A stretch of DNA of 52,241 bases, taken from NCBI GenBank assembly GCA_900128395.1, contig LT649263.1, positions 1-52,241 on the forward strand. Direction: 5' to 3'. Made by a program: the position numbers and the translations under genes. The stretch's first letter is position 1, and every line of letters begins with the position of its first letter. The notes below the pieces were generated by a model. That model searched no databases. It was not told where the DNA came from and worked only from the letters and a program-made list of their open reading frames with translations. Shown one piece after another: positions 8,401 to 18,846 of the stretch. The stretch is from Stramenopiles sp. TOSAG23-2. Taxonomy: Eukaryota.

Positions 8401-10404
8401 TAAATTGTTTAATAGTTTACAAGCAAAGGCATTACGGGTAGATTCTGATATTTCATATTTTTCATTTATTATTGTTGTTGTCGCTGTTTCTAAACTACTG
8501 GCTGTTTTAACATCTTGGTCTTTCTTACCACGGCGTCGCTTTGATCTAGTATGTTTATCATTATCTACATTAATAACATCATTTGCTTCTTCAACTTCTT
8601 CCTTTATTATGTATCTATCATTTTTTACAAGTATTTCACGAGAGACTTCATTCAATTTCATAGCTTGAAAACAAGCAATCATATCCTTCATTGGTTGAAA
8701 TGTAATATCTTCCAAATTAACGGAGCTAGTGTCAGCGCCATGATTTAATAACAGACTCAACAAATCTATGTTACTGGTGCCACAATTAATTACCATTTCT
8801 AAAGGTGTGCCAAGTGGCCCTCTACTCTCAATATCTGCACCAGCATTTAAGAGATATTGTATAAATTCGTATGTACAAGCACAAGCAACAGCCAATGTTA
8901 ACGGAGTGTTGCCCAATCTATCCACGTGGTTAATATCGGCACCGTCGCCAATTAATTTTGTCAGCATTGTCATCTCACATGATGGTATTGCACGTCTCAT
9001 TATATAATTATGCATTCGAGACAAACGTGGTTTTGATTGTGGAAATCGTACTTTCATTGTATCCATAGATGGATCCCCACAAACGACACTGCCATCATCA
9101 TCCCCATCTCTCCATTGGACGATGAAAGTATCGTCGCCATTATTAGCAACTACATGCGCTTCACAATAACGCCCGTTCAATCTTTCATGTTCACCATAAT
9201 ACTTTGCTATAACGTTGTCACCAACCATTGGCCAGCGCCTACCTCCATAGATCGGGTCGCTTGTATCAATAACGATTGTGGATGGTGTTGTGCTTGACAA
9301 TGTGGTTGAAGATGTAGTTGAACTCGTGGCACCTACTCGCCTACTGGGAGCAGAATTTGTTACAACATGGCGGTTCGTGCCTGTAACCTCGTCACGTTGT
9401 AAAGTTTGTTGATTCCTTCCCCTTGATGAAAAAATCATTTGTGGAGGACCATCACCATCATGGGTGGAAAAAAACCCTGATAGGAACGAGGCTCCAGGGC
9501 CACCAAAATTTATTACTTCATCATGCTCTTCATCATCGTCATCTATTTCATCAAATGGCGGTTCAAGACCTTCGCTGCTCTCCCCACTATAACTCCTAGC
9601 TTTCATTGCTGATGGAGGTGCAATTTGTCTGAATTTTCTTAAACGTGCTGCTGTAGCATTATCTGTTCGTGCAGCAATTGCAGAAGCGCTTTCATAGCTA
9701 TCTAATATAGCCGCTGTTAATAACTCGACGATTGCAAATGCATCTCGGGGACTGGACGAAGTGGCCCCTGCCGTGAGATCACCTAACCGATCTAATAATG
9801 CTGTGTCAATACCATAGTGAAATAAGTTTGTACACGCAGTGCGAGATTCCTCAAAAGTTACTATTTTTTCAAATTCATCATTTACATTATCTTCACCCAC
9901 ATTATTCGTCTTTGCGTCATCCTTTTTCTCCATTTTTTTATCATCATTGTTATTGTCCTTTGCGATAGATGCAATAGACGAGCTTCCGGTATTGCCACTG
10001 CCTTTATTAGCGGATGTGCTACTGGTACTACTACTATTATTGTTATTACTATTATTATTATTATTATCATTATTACTACTATTGCTGCTACCGTGTAGGG
10101 TTCCAGGAGTTTTTTTGCTACTTGTAGCACCAGTTTCAGTAGTAGCTTTAGTCAATGCTTTGTGGATGTAAGCTATTTCATGCATGCCGCCTGCAACATT
10201 AAAAATCCATTTGGAAATGGCATTCCATCTTGGGTCACTTTTTGGTAATGTAGCTATGAGTGCAGCTAACGATTCGATCGCAACGGTGGATGGTGGTATT
10301 TTCTTAGTTGTTGATGCCGCTATCAATTTTTTTGCTTTTGGGGTTGGTGAAGCTTTCTTACCGCCCCGTGAGGAGCGTTTCCTACTGGTTTTCTTCCTCC
10401 CCAT
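2323..10404 (-). CDS. HECT E3 ubiquitin ligase (UFD4/TRIP12/UPL3-like HECT) with Tudor-like domains, ankyrin repeats, a RanBP2-type zinc finger and a SAP/HeH-like motif
   Basis: HECT motifs LPAWC..APFLLP, LEVQFIGENGFGDGVTQGFF, FLGRLMGKA and catalytic LPTARTC. Ankyrin GADINHVDRLGNTPLTLA. Zinc finger CQVCTYIN..CSMCG. Tudor-like PGQRIVARY...VHFDDGD. SAP-like MSYKELQQLAKSEGVKANQK. Uninterrupted 2693-aa ORF. Confidence 0.9.
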   Translation of the reverse strand: MGRKKTSRKRSSRGGKKASPTPKAKKLIAASTTKKIPPSTVAIESLAALIATLPKSDPRWNAISKWIFNVAGGMHEIAYIHKALTKATTETGATSSKKTPGTLHGSSNSSNNDNNNNNSNNNNSSSTSSTSANKGSGNTGSSSIASIAKDNNNDDKKMEKKDDAKTNNVGEDNVNDEFEKIVTFEESRTACTNLFHYGIDTALLDRLGDLTAGATSSSPRDAFAIVELLTAAILDSYESASAIAARTDNATAARLRKFRQIAPPSAMKARSYSGESSEGLEPPFDEIDDDDEEHDEVINFGGPGASFLSGFFSTHDGDGPPQMIFSSRGRNQQTLQRDEVTGTNRHVVTNSAPSRRVGATSSTTSSTTLSSTTPSTIVIDTSDPIYGGRRWPMVGDNVIAKYYGEHERLNGRYCEAHVVANNGDDTFIVQWRDGDDDGSVVCGDPSMDTMKVRFPQSKPRLSRMHNYIMRRAIPSCEMTMLTKLIGDGADINHVDRLGNTPLTLAVACACTYEFIQYLLNAGADIESRGPLGTPLEMVINCGTSNIDLLSLLLNHGADTSSVNLEDITFQPMKDMIACFQAMKLNEVSREILVKNDRYIIKEEVEEANDVINVDNDKHTRSKRRRGKKDQDVKTASSLETATTTIINEKYEISESTRNAFACKLLNNLFECIPLMLEAKSTSMHMHHRVLKLIRYCVSMYPSTARDPDVAKVAMLFNFIEGRRDDTDITLLMSGLATVGEVISRFPYLYYHASWYGLKNVAKYLGKESHVSKNHWELKYIDANQCSNIAANVARQISSAKSKCNGAMTRVRGVSDKGRSNSSKRKRGKAKQYNRKVRDPTTTIGDVNSEELSDSEKAMRLFTLKVTEMNNLHVERARNIIDVCKNLKAGNFKSFILALMGQLNSGKSDLPLSVNAFQEYDVCNNLLECIKLNDGIEKIVEPILNKTRAFNNLISLLRSTAIKPADLKILYYRKRSGNRVSLKNITTGLDLSLRRSQKCPSQTVDDLYFHSPNPMDMMIVQPLLRMNAFERRVLSVIRIRDPRYILYCKRLVGCTIFGGGALVSGIKPKRLLVKSYNRMDGTHTITCADQAPRAMKLCMCDYKIVKEGQNISLKMNDERSDETKEEEKTQGIETPTKAIASGAVPPLKPGQRIVARYRNSTRYYKGAVSEVWRGDNTVTVHFDDGDVDRVPFEHIRTIPKETELKPNTNVEVLANENIIRSSSASGNTSSSHPRSIEEILSERMQESDGFSRPRWSPGRILRVGDDGSIEVRIHTSSGTHHLSVTRNMIRIPVSRSNSPHRCGTRVLVRSSTRVTGLRYGSKWSNGRYKLGTVMGYHKNESGNYVYTVVEEEGGEILKNVRQHELKISSHNRLRRFGSSHGPREDDVVVAEVSQAFPSLDMGRTGKPGRINPKEIMEREATQERMQKQLTNASVRGNSGQRSSFSSDGRDAHEAPFVCQVCTYINSSGKTCSMCGANAPVPKEEGESGSSSNNSNSNNNSKNKKAVETNEASSSIMNKEDKSKKVSEGDTNKEKALKDGEAEGDISLVVPKFSVKWHIDPANPSSAITSSSDRERYSSSYSSSSKTPSSTPSRPPMSRGAVKRTKDFDFKSTNPTIFQALSTMNDALTSASSFMSIVRENSVQVEKTAPWGSAEACNLCYNLLLDFGNGTEVLADTSSLQDELAKLENMSYKELQQLAKSEGVKANQKQDKLLIALKSQLKSMFDEEKEKLKAGPDGNSMSIDTFSNSNALPGTSSSSSQQKVASTMMDVDEMGPIKIQSKTELSWVKLHAQIDAHIKNEGEEVFSKSTINAMFLLKLLLETDHDRYKDVVRSNKLGHIVNVQLKKPLVVAGNDLPAWCNAIIEAAPFLLPISVRRQWLGCTSLGVSRTIDWLQKHNKHLSSARSAVEEAERAHNLAIASNNEIQQVQAVQFAAQAADRLHEAEMKHHVGALRCDIVKVRHDDDHLLEDGLFLMNLHAQTTNKLEVQFIGENGFGDGVTQGFFSGLAKILQTRSVNKQVQMWAVDTNENEGMLVNKYGLMPKPLPPKSTDDTKMAKMRSQVLERFKFLGRLMGKAHLDGYIVPLPLTTEFFSLVKGEVLPASSIKLIEGKDGFMSGLLNVVKAMKNLSNEEDGPGFAPEMYFDMTGNELCNIFGEDFFTKRHSVSGRKEYTSIKQWLSQMDLCFVDPTMAGSVKVSISQNNSKVSMLRKEMFAAQKKGNMTLVRTLMKKIQQQAKLETKEKLINIRNENAKKMAVGRQGNRKTRSKRNWDNMKDNDNNYNILGEGSNSSNSSSSSSSMSSSSSSSSSNKKKKRKKAWRDNITLIKEKSFNQTKNVVKLAPDELFPGGAENRVQATSASLSLYVDLITERWLKSGVEEQIAAFRDGLKDIMPLSKLSSFSATELRSMFCGEPVVEWDAEKLAEEILVPTADMQDSNEFQFLIRELVAMNNRDRARFLEFVTAIPRLTPGLAMNVSFPMPGNTGNLPTARTCTYDLYIPHYRSSNELKYGLKVAVANGLEAGFHEGEASTSMSEFFTSPQPSPIMPPSNTSHLGMEINSLPMLPPSQTSSSSSSTQQQMSVNNDGSTISTTTTTTTTTTTTTRSSTNANGDAKDSKETQQDGCEWPGFNMKFDGTDVGAELLVYWSGANVMNPRWFHGVVNYYNAEKGQHYVIYEEDNDMQWHDLRTTRYRLLKRA

Positions 10405-11275
10405 ATCGTTGCTTAATTAAATATTATCAAATAAACAAGCAGAGAAAGCAGCTGATAGGACCAAAATGTATTTAAATATAATTAAATACAAAAACTAAGT
10501 GTAAACAATAATTATCTAGCACTAAGAGAAATTTAAAATGCGTGAAAAATGACAACAATATAAACAAAAAAAAATGTGTTTTTCGTACAAAAAAACTATA
10601 AACGTATATATATATATGTATATATAATGTACATATAATATATATACTTTTCGTATTGACAAAAGAAATATCAGTTGCCTTTGTTCAAACAGTTCGTAAA
10701 TATGTTATGTCTTAATAATTTTTCTATACTCTTTTATATACATATATGTGTCAATATGTTTAATTGTTTATTGATTTTGTTATTATTAGTATACCATTTA
10801 TTGATTGTATCACATTTAAAATATTATACATTGTGCCATTATTATTTGCAACATTTCTTTCTTTCTTCATCATAGCTATAGCACCCATCAAAACAGAATA
10901 GTGCAATACGTACAGTAGCACAGTACAGTACAAGTATACAATAGTACTTTAATTAGATAAATTATTAATAAAATACCAGATACCACAGGTAGTTTTATTA
11001 TTTTCCAGATGGATTGTCGATGTCGCCGCCCGATAAAGTTGTACTTACTAGAATATAAGAAACCACCCACGCACCACACAGAAACCTACATAGCCAGCTG
11101 GGCCAGGCGGGGGCCACACAGGACAATAGCTACTGTAATCGCTATTTTAATAGTAATACTATTAGATAATAGACGACTAGAGTTTTTTCCTAGCAAGCTG
11201 GCCAGCTGGCCCAGCTGGCAAGGTGCCAAAGTGTTTCTTGGTGCCTTTTTTATTTTTTCCTACTAGGTACGATGC

Positions 11276-11412
11276 CATTCCAGATTCCAGGCATTCCAGC
11301 ATTCTGGCATTCCAGCATTCCAGCATTCCGGTTCTCCTTGTCAGGGTACTGGCAAGGAAAATCTCTGGTGTCCAGAGTAATTCCTGGCATTCCTGGCATT
11401 CCACGCATTCGG
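11276..11412. repeat. GCATTC-(CA/TG/CTG) short tandem array in a divergent intergenic region
   Basis: 8-bp-period units GCATTCCA/GCATTCTG/GCATTCCG at 11291-11330 and a second cluster at 11380-11412. Confidence 0.85.
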
Positions 11413-11870
11413 ATTATTTTTTCAATCAATATTGCAATATACTGTATAGTGCTATACTATTAATTAATAATGCTGTACTCTGTACTATAATATCCTCTCT
11501 AGAGTGCAACTTAAACTACCACCGTACAGTAGTTGATGCAAAAAGCACAACTCGTCGATTTATTATATATCAACAACTCTAACTCCTCCTCTCTTTATTT
11601 CCAGGCTTTCTCTCCTTACCAGCTTACTATCTGGTACGGTATCAGAAAAAGAATAACATTTTAACATGTGAATAGTGTTGTTGTCACAGGATTTTATTTT
11701 ATTATTATTAGTTATGTGCTTATTAATTAATACCAGTATATTGATAGATGATATATGTAGTCACATCAATTAGTACATAACTGGTAATATCACCTTGGTG
11801 GAAATATATATATATTTATAAACTTTTTTTGTTCTGTGTCTGCATTAAAGTCCAAAGAATAACGTCTTCA

Positions 11871-13517
11871 ATGGCTACAAACAGTAGCAACAATAATGGC
11901 AGTAGTAATGGAAAGAGTAATATTAGTATAGATAACAACTCCGACGATGAGAAAGATAGTTTTGATGATGGCGAAAAAGGAACTACATATAGTAATAATA
12001 GTAAAGTTTTTGTTAAGTCACAGTATAAGTCAGATACGTTTCCCGGTCCAGTACGGCGGAAACGAAGTAGTACTTTCGGCATGTCTAGTGTACATCAACA
12101 TAATTTATTGGAACAAATGAAAATTGGCTATAAAAAAGGTTTACCTATGATGCTATCAAACGATATGCTTGGTGAACTTTTAGAGTTAATTGTAACAGCA
12201 AAAGCAGTTAACAAAAAACAAACAAAACTTTATTTAAGTCACCAAATATCAGATTTCCAGCAAAACAATGGAAAACACATTACTCAAGAAAGTATTCATA
12301 ATACCCTGTACACATTCGGTGCCCTCAGTATGCCAACAAAGCGAAAGATGGCACCTAGGAGTAAAAAAAGAAGCGTTAAAGAGGATTTTCGTGGGGTGAT
12401 TATAAACGAAGATGAAATAGTAGAGTTACCTTTTTTCACTAACATGTTCCCACAAGATGTAAAGTTATTAAATGCAACAATAGAAAATATTAGATCTTGG
12501 GAATTTAACGTGTTTGATTTATTTAAGTCATTCGGTAGCGATAGTAAACTGACAATGCAATATGTTGGTATTTCGTGTCTTTCGCGATTTCGACTATTTG
12601 AGATCTTACCAATAGAAAAAGAAGCTGTTTGGGAATATTTAGGAAATATTGCAAACGATTATAAGTTAGTACCATATCATAACGCACTTCATGGTGTAGA
12701 TGTGATGCAAACGATGTACTCAACATTGTCAAATAATGTAGAAATGACTAGTAAGCTATCTAATGCAAATGTTTTTGCAATTTTGATTGCTGCAGCTGTC
12801 CATGATGTTGGTCACCCAGCAAGAAACAATCAATTTCTGATCACAACACAACATCGTTTAGCAACAGTATATCATGATCAATCTGTTTTAGAAAATTATC
12901 ACATAGCAAGGTCAATGGAATTAATGGAAACAGAAAAATGGTCTCTTTTATCCGGTTTCTTAAAAGATGAAACTTCTGATATTCGAGCGTTAATGATCAA
13001 AAGTATATTGCATACAGACATGGCAAAGCATGGAGACCTTGTTAGAAATTTAACATTAGATTTAGATCATGATGGATTAGATGCAAGATTACCTAAAAAC
13101 CATAATCGCTGTCTTAGTTTACTTTTACATGCAGCTGATGTTAGCAACCCATCCAAACAATGGAAAACATATCGAAAATGGACAGATAAAATCATGGAAG
13201 AATTTCGTGCGCAGTATGACGATGAGGAAGAGAGGGGTATTGGACACGGCTTTTTTGATCCAGACAAACCTATACCAGAATTTCAAATAGGATTTATACA
13301 ATTTGTCGTATCGCCTTTATTCACTCAAATCGATCAAATTGAAGGTATCAGCATGGATGTAGCTTTGCATCATCTGAAAAGAAATTTACAGGCATGGAAA
13401 ATGCAAGTATGCAATCGTCAATTGCTTCTTGAAACAAAGAAGAAAGCGCAAGAAAACAAAATTTCGAATTCTGTCGCTAGGAAAGGAAGTTTGCGCAGAT
13501 GCAATTCAGTTCAGTAG
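11871..13517 (+). CDS. Class I 3',5'-cyclic nucleotide phosphodiesterase
   Basis: Motifs PYHNALHGVDV, HDVGHP (HD), SVLENYH, HTDMAKH, HAADVSNP, EEF..Q, QIGFI. First ATG is at 11871. Confidence 0.93.
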   Translation: MATNSSNNNGSSNGKSNISIDNNSDDEKDSFDDGEKGTTYSNNSKVFVKSQYKSDTFPGPVRRKRSSTFGMSSVHQHNLLEQMKIGYKKGLPMMLSNDMLGELLELIVTAKAVNKKQTKLYLSHQISDFQQNNGKHITQESIHNTLYTFGALSMPTKRKMAPRSKKRSVKEDFRGVIINEDEIVELPFFTNMFPQDVKLLNATIENIRSWEFNVFDLFKSFGSDSKLTMQYVGISCLSRFRLFEILPIEKEAVWEYLGNIANDYKLVPYHNALHGVDVMQTMYSTLSNNVEMTSKLSNANVFAILIAAAVHDVGHPARNNQFLITTQHRLATVYHDQSVLENYHIARSMELMETEKWSLLSGFLKDETSDIRALMIKSILHTDMAKHGDLVRNLTLDLDHDGLDARLPKNHNRCLSLLLHAADVSNPSKQWKTYRKWTDKIMEEFRAQYDDEEERGIGHGFFDPDKPIPEFQIGFIQFVVSPLFTQIDQIEGISMDVALHHLKRNLQAWKMQVCNRQLLLETKKKAQENKISNSVARKGSLRRCNSVQ

Positions 13518-14147
13518 AAATATATATATGGTGTTTAAAATCTAAATAATTTAATATAGGTCTGATCTTTTTGGCTGCGAGTAAATACGTAAAATTTAAT
13601 TTACGCATAACATATATTTTTATATAATATACTCGTATAATATAAAATTATTTAAAAAATTAATTTAAGACAATTCCTACTCTCAAAAGAATACAGCAGT
13701 GACTAAGCCAATATTAATATCTATCTCACAAAATGTGTCAATAATTTCTGTAACACAGAAATTACCGAGATGAAAAATTTTACGTGGTAAATTTTTTTAT
13801 GATGTGTCTATTAATGACGAACACTAATTCTCAATTATGCATACTCAATCTCTAAGAAAAAAGGATTTAATCCTAATAAATGTATACAATATTTTTAATA
13901 AAGCTCTCATACCTCACCGCAAGCTAAATACTCTAGATATTAATTGGCACCAAGTAGGTACTCTGAAACCGGTACGACACACTCGAAGAAAGTTATGTGA
14001 ACAGTCCATAGGTTCGTATATTTCAAAAAATGGGACACGACCACTTTATTTTCCATGCAGTATCACATATATTATACGCTGGGTAATTATTTTCTAGAAA
14101 CACTTTTGAAATAAGTACAATGTTCACACTTATAGTGTGTCAAAATT

Positions 14148-15278
14148 TTAATTCAAAACATTTTCAAAATCAATTTTTTTACTTTTAATTTGATTCTCTT
14201 TCAATAAATTTTGGAACATTTGATTTTGTTTAGGTATTTTCACATATTTAACCTGTTCTATCAAACGTTTATCATGCCGAATGATGCCTTTCGTAATAAC
14301 CATATCTATCTTTGTCTTATCTATTTCCCCCTCTAGTTTCTGCCTTTTTCTCTCTACTTTGGTTGTATTTTCTACTATAGGTTCTATGTAATCATTTATA
14401 AAACTTTCTCTAGTCATATTATTCCGGGCATTTGTAGATACTGTAGCATCATTAACAGCATTATAAACCTTTGGATTGAATTCTGCATTATTAATTGCTT
14501 GATTCATAAATTGACCATAATATTTAAAATATGTTGAATTTTGATGTTTCCTATGGTACAATTCACGTTGCTTCAATCGCTCTATTATCAACTGTTGGAT
14601 TTTAGTAACTTCATCTTCACCATTCTCAACATATACATGCTTGTATTTTCTAACACGTGCATAATCTTTTGATAATGAAGCATTCTTACGTGTTTCATTT
14701 TGCACCGCTTTAATATATGATGGCAACACTTTTTTCAATGCATATTCAATTCTTGATATATTTACTTGTTTTCTAAAAGATGCATCTTTTAAGTTTTCCT
14801 TCACTAGCGATAATAAAATTGTCTTCAAACTCCAGCGATGCTTTGGTATATATTTTTCATCATTGCATAATGGATATTTTGGTTTCCATATCGAGCCAGT
14901 GTCAACCATGTAATGGAAAAATCTGTTTACGGTGTTATTAATAATCGGGATTAAATATGGTACATCTTGTACATCTTCAAAACTGTCATCAGCATGTTTC
15001 ACATGTATACAAGTTGTTGTAACAATTTCATCTTGTTGTGGAGGTGTTGCTTCATCTTCTACTTCAGCAATTGTACCATTTGGTAATCGACGGTGCAGCA
15101 TTGCAAATCCATCTGATTCAACATAGAATAGATCATTCCCACGACGAGCATTTTTTTTTCTAAGAAAATGTTTTTTTAATAATATATGTGTCTCTTCACA
15201 ATTAATATATGGTACTAATTGACAACATGTAATACTAATTATAATGAAAGATAATATATAATATATATCGATTTTCAT
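14148..15278 (-). CDS. Uncharacterised protein with an N-terminal signal peptide/anchor
   Basis: 376-aa ORF from MKIDIYYILSFIIISITCC with a hydrophobic N-terminus. No family recognised. Confidence 0.65.
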   Translation of the reverse strand: MKIDIYYILSFIIISITCCQLVPYINCEETHILLKKHFLRKKNARRGNDLFYVESDGFAMLHRRLPNGTIAEVEDEATPPQQDEIVTTTCIHVKHADDSFEDVQDVPYLIPIINNTVNRFFHYMVDTGSIWKPKYPLCNDEKYIPKHRWSLKTILLSLVKENLKDASFRKQVNISRIEYALKKVLPSYIKAVQNETRKNASLSKDYARVRKYKHVYVENGEDEVTKIQQLIIERLKQRELYHRKHQNSTYFKYYGQFMNQAINNAEFNPKVYNAVNDATVSTNARNNMTRESFINDYIEPIVENTTKVERKRQKLEGEIDKTKIDMVITKGIIRHDKRLIEQVKYVKIPKQNQMFQNLLKENQIKSKKIDFENVLN

Positions 15279-15916
15279 TTTCCTTCTTATACTATGAAGA
15301 GAGGTGGGAAACAAACTAAAACTCTAGTTTCAATATATTCTCCTTATATATATCCATTCATCTACATCTCTACGTTGAACATTTATCATTTACCTGGTGG
15401 TAGGTTATTACAATTATTATCGATATGTGGTATATGTACGTGTCAGAAATATTACAATAATTATTGATGAGCCCCGTTTGCACGTTTGTCCACTTTTTTA
15501 TTATAGTCTTTTCCACCTCTCTGTGTGTGCACCCTGGCTGGGCTGGCTCACTATTATAGAGCTACTAATTATTATTACCAGGTAGATATTATAACACGTT
15601 TACTCCTCGTATTCATCATAATCTAAACAATAGTATCTCCCTGCTAAGGCCTGCTACAGTGATTGTTGTATGTTCGTTACTTGATGAATTATTATTATTA
15701 ATATTTTTAACTCCTTTTTTATGTGAGAATAAATTTATATATATACAGATGTAACATATGTATATATTGTCTAATATATATGAATATGTTTTAATTACAA
15801 ACATAAACGGTATAGATAGATAGGTATATAGAAAGATAGATAGATATCATCTACGAATTATTTTATAAGATCATGGTGGGTAAAAAGAAATATGGAGCAG
15901 TAGAATCGCGTATGCT

Positions 15917-16078
15917 ATGCAACGCTTGGGTTCGATAATACCAACAAAAGTGTTGGAAGGTTTTATTTACAAATTGGACGGTGCTGATGGCAATGGTTTT
16001 ATTGAATATGATGAATTTCGTGATGCCATATATGATCGTGGAGAGAGAAAACGCAATGCATCATATAAAGCAAAATAA
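15917..16078 (+). pseudogene. Short EF-hand-containing ORF or gene remnant (53 aa)
   Basis: MQRLGSIIPTKVLEGFIYKLDGADGNGFIEYDEFRDAIYDRGERKRNASYKAK contains an EF-hand loop (DGNGFIEYDEF). An in-frame TAA lies just upstream. Too short for the ORF track. Confidence 0.5.
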
Positions 16079-16510
16079 ATATGATACTCGTATGATATAA
16101 TCTCATGTACAAATAATAAAAAATTTATATAGTAATGATGGATATATATATGCATATATATTATGATATATTAAGCATATTACTTAACACGAGAAGTGTA
16201 AAATTATTATAAATTACGAACGTTCGTAGATTTTAAGCATCTATATATCATAATGAACCTGGTACAAAATGCTCCAAAAAAATCAACCACCATTATAATT
16301 ACTTGCTTATTATACCATCCAACTACTAATATTTACTAAAAAACTACTAAATTAAATAATAATACAGAATAATACATTACAATAATACATCATCTTCATC
16401 ATCATAGACAAAAAGGAGATACAACAATATTATAACATCATATTGTATGTGTGTATGTACAATATTATAATATATAGAAATATATATACATACATATATA
16501 TATATAAACA

Positions 16511-17386
16511 ATGAGTGGATTATCAGGCTCTTTCTTCAATAATAATAATAACAATAGAAAACAAAGGATTCATAGCCATAATAATAATGTACATGATTGG
16601 ACAAATATATATAAAAAATTTGAGAATTTAAAAGATGATGATGATGATATGAAAGAAAAGAAAAAAGATGGAGATAAAGATTCAATGATGAATCCGATGG
16701 CTGGGTGTAATCACGATCATAGCGCTGAACGTGCTATATGGGATATGACATGGGATGATAAATTAAAATCATGCCGTGACTTTAGGGAAGAAGGTAATTA
16801 TTTTTTTCGTGAAGCGCAATTTGCCCGTGCTGCGGATCGATATCATCGTGCCTTAGTCTATTTTGAATATTGTATAGCAGAAACTGATAAAGAAGAAATT
16901 GAATATAATAATTCACGCTTATTGACATTATTGAATTATTCAATATGTTTAAAACGTTTGAAAAATTACAGTGATGCGCATAATAATCTAAGGCAAGCAT
17001 TACAACTTGATCCAACAAATGTAAAGGCAATGTATCATAAAGGTCAAATTTATCGTATAAATGATGAATTTGAGAAATCAAAGGAAATTTTAAGTAAAGC
17101 TTTAAAACTTGATGAAAGTAATCAAGCAATTATACGTGAATTGCATATTTTAAAATATAAAAAAATGGCATATGTACAAAATAGTAAAGACATTAGTAAA
17201 ACAATGTTTTCATTTGATAAAAAGAAGCATATTGATAATGAAAAGAAGACTGATATGGTGGAAGACGATATTAATGAAATTGTACAAAAAGAATTAGACA
17301 CAACTGATAATAGTTGGTTAAGTGGAGAAACAAAATTTGGTAAAAATCATATGAAAATTGATACATTATTATCATCCTCCACGTAA
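16511..17386 (+). CDS. TPR protein (FKBP/cyclophilin-40-type three-TPR co-chaperone module, no PPIase domain seen)
   Basis: REEGNYFF...AADRYHRAL, LLNYSIC, ALQLDPTNVKAMYHKGQ, ALKLDESN, preceded by a GCNHDHSAER motif. Confidence 0.8.
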   Translation: MSGLSGSFFNNNNNNRKQRIHSHNNNVHDWTNIYKKFENLKDDDDDMKEKKKDGDKDSMMNPMAGCNHDHSAERAIWDMTWDDKLKSCRDFREEGNYFFREAQFARAADRYHRALVYFEYCIAETDKEEIEYNNSRLLTLLNYSICLKRLKNYSDAHNNLRQALQLDPTNVKAMYHKGQIYRINDEFEKSKEILSKALKLDESNQAIIRELHILKYKKMAYVQNSKDISKTMFSFDKKKHIDNEKKTDMVEDDINEIVQKELDTTDNSWLSGETKFGKNHMKIDTLLSSST

Positions 17387-17791
17387 TAAGAAAAAGTACG
17401 AAGTATATTTATATATAGACGAAGCGTTCGTATTATTAATTTAAATATTTATTATTTTTAAAAATATGATAATTATGGCTTCTCGTATGATTTTGTTTAT
17501 TATACGAGTATAAAATATCAGTATCTATCTCATGATATTTGGTTTTATATAATTTATACGAGCCGTATAGACGGAGTGTTTGAAAATTGGAGAGAGAGAG
17601 ATGAGATAAAAATTTTGTGATATACGGAGTATGTACTCGAATGGTGTGTAAAAAATATATATTTTTAAATATTTGATTAAATCGTATTATTATATTAGTG
17701 TAAAATATCATACAATTTATATTTTAAAAATATATTGGTAAACTTTTATATATATATATATACTCTTTTCTCTCTCGTCTTCTTTTTTATT

Positions 17792-18226
17792 TTACTTCTC
17801 ACCGATTTCCATTAATTTTATAGGTTTCAACACATTGTTTTTATTAGTTTCAATGACACGTCCATTCATAACCATTTCATCCAATAAAAAATGTGCCTTT
17901 TCAATATTAAACATAATATCTAACTCACAAACATTCTCAAAATATTTATCAAATGTTTCTACTAAAGCGTGAATAAATTCTAATATAGCTAACTCGTTCT
18001 CTTGACCAGAGTCAACACCTACTATAAAAAACAATGATGCATATCGTCGATATATAACACGGTATTGTCGATGCTCCATAAATGAGCATTGCAGTTCGTT
18101 TCTTGATAGACATTTACGAATAACTTCACTTTCTAAAGCAACACGTTCCTCCATACTTAACCAAGAATAATAAGATGACAAACGTGTTTGACCTTGTTTA
18201 TTTACCATTAATACAAACTCAATCAT
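17792..18226 (-). CDS. AP4S1: AP-4 adaptor complex sigma subunit
   Basis: MIEFVLMVNKQGQTRLS..., YRRYASLFFIVGV, ENELAILEFIH, VCELDIMFN. 144 aa. VNKQGQTRL and QCSF are typical of sigma-4. Confidence 0.92.
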   Translation of the reverse strand: MIEFVLMVNKQGQTRLSSYYSWLSMEERVALESEVIRKCLSRNELQCSFMEHRQYRVIYRRYASLFFIVGVDSGQENELAILEFIHALVETFDKYFENVCELDIMFNIEKAHFLLDEMVMNGRVIETNKNNVLKPIKLMEIGEK

Positions 18227-18846
18227 TGTTAATTTATATATATATTATATGTGTATATGAAAAGAAAAAAAAAACTAAATATATATGTATATATATACCT
18301 TGATAATAAACTTTATGATATTTGTATACTATCTTTTTGATTGATAAAATACAAGAATAATATAAAATTTCTGTTACTACTATTTCCATTTCCATTCTCA
18401 CCATATATACTGTATTATTGTTATTTTGTATTATTTATTTATTTATTATTCATTATATCTTTCAACTACTCCTCGGAGTAATTCTTCTGGAGAGGAGCTG
18501 CTGAGTTTAGATTTGTTACATTGTAAAATGTGACCTTAATATATATCTAATATATAGGATATATTTATTCCTATCAGTATACTAAATGGTATACTTGAAT
18601 CAAGTGTTTTGAAGCGGATGGTGGACCTTAAAAATATCAAATTGTTGTTTTTTTTCTTTAAAATTGTTGTTTGTGCATCGTCGGTTTTTTCTTCAACTTG
18701 TTAATAATAAAAAAAAAGTTATACAGTATTAACTAATCCTGGTAAAGGTTGGTATGCAATCATTCATGTTTACATATACAAATTACATCTCATATATATA
18801 TAGCCTAGTTACGATAATAATTATTAGTATAAAACATATATTAATC

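Noticed and set aside
11276-11412. CRISPR-like or telomeric reading of the GCATTC arrays
   Set aside because: Units are 8-9 bp with no unique spacers and no cas genes. The arrays are short, internal and heterogeneous.
11009-11582. Overlapping ORFs 11009-11266, 11177-11404, 11223-11582 and 11272-11463
   Set aside because: They stay open only because of the GC-rich 8-bp repeat arrays, and the translations simply mirror the repeat.
13837-14097. 86-aa ORF in the PDE 3' spacer
   Set aside because: No recognisable motif. It could be a decayed fragment but I cannot support that.
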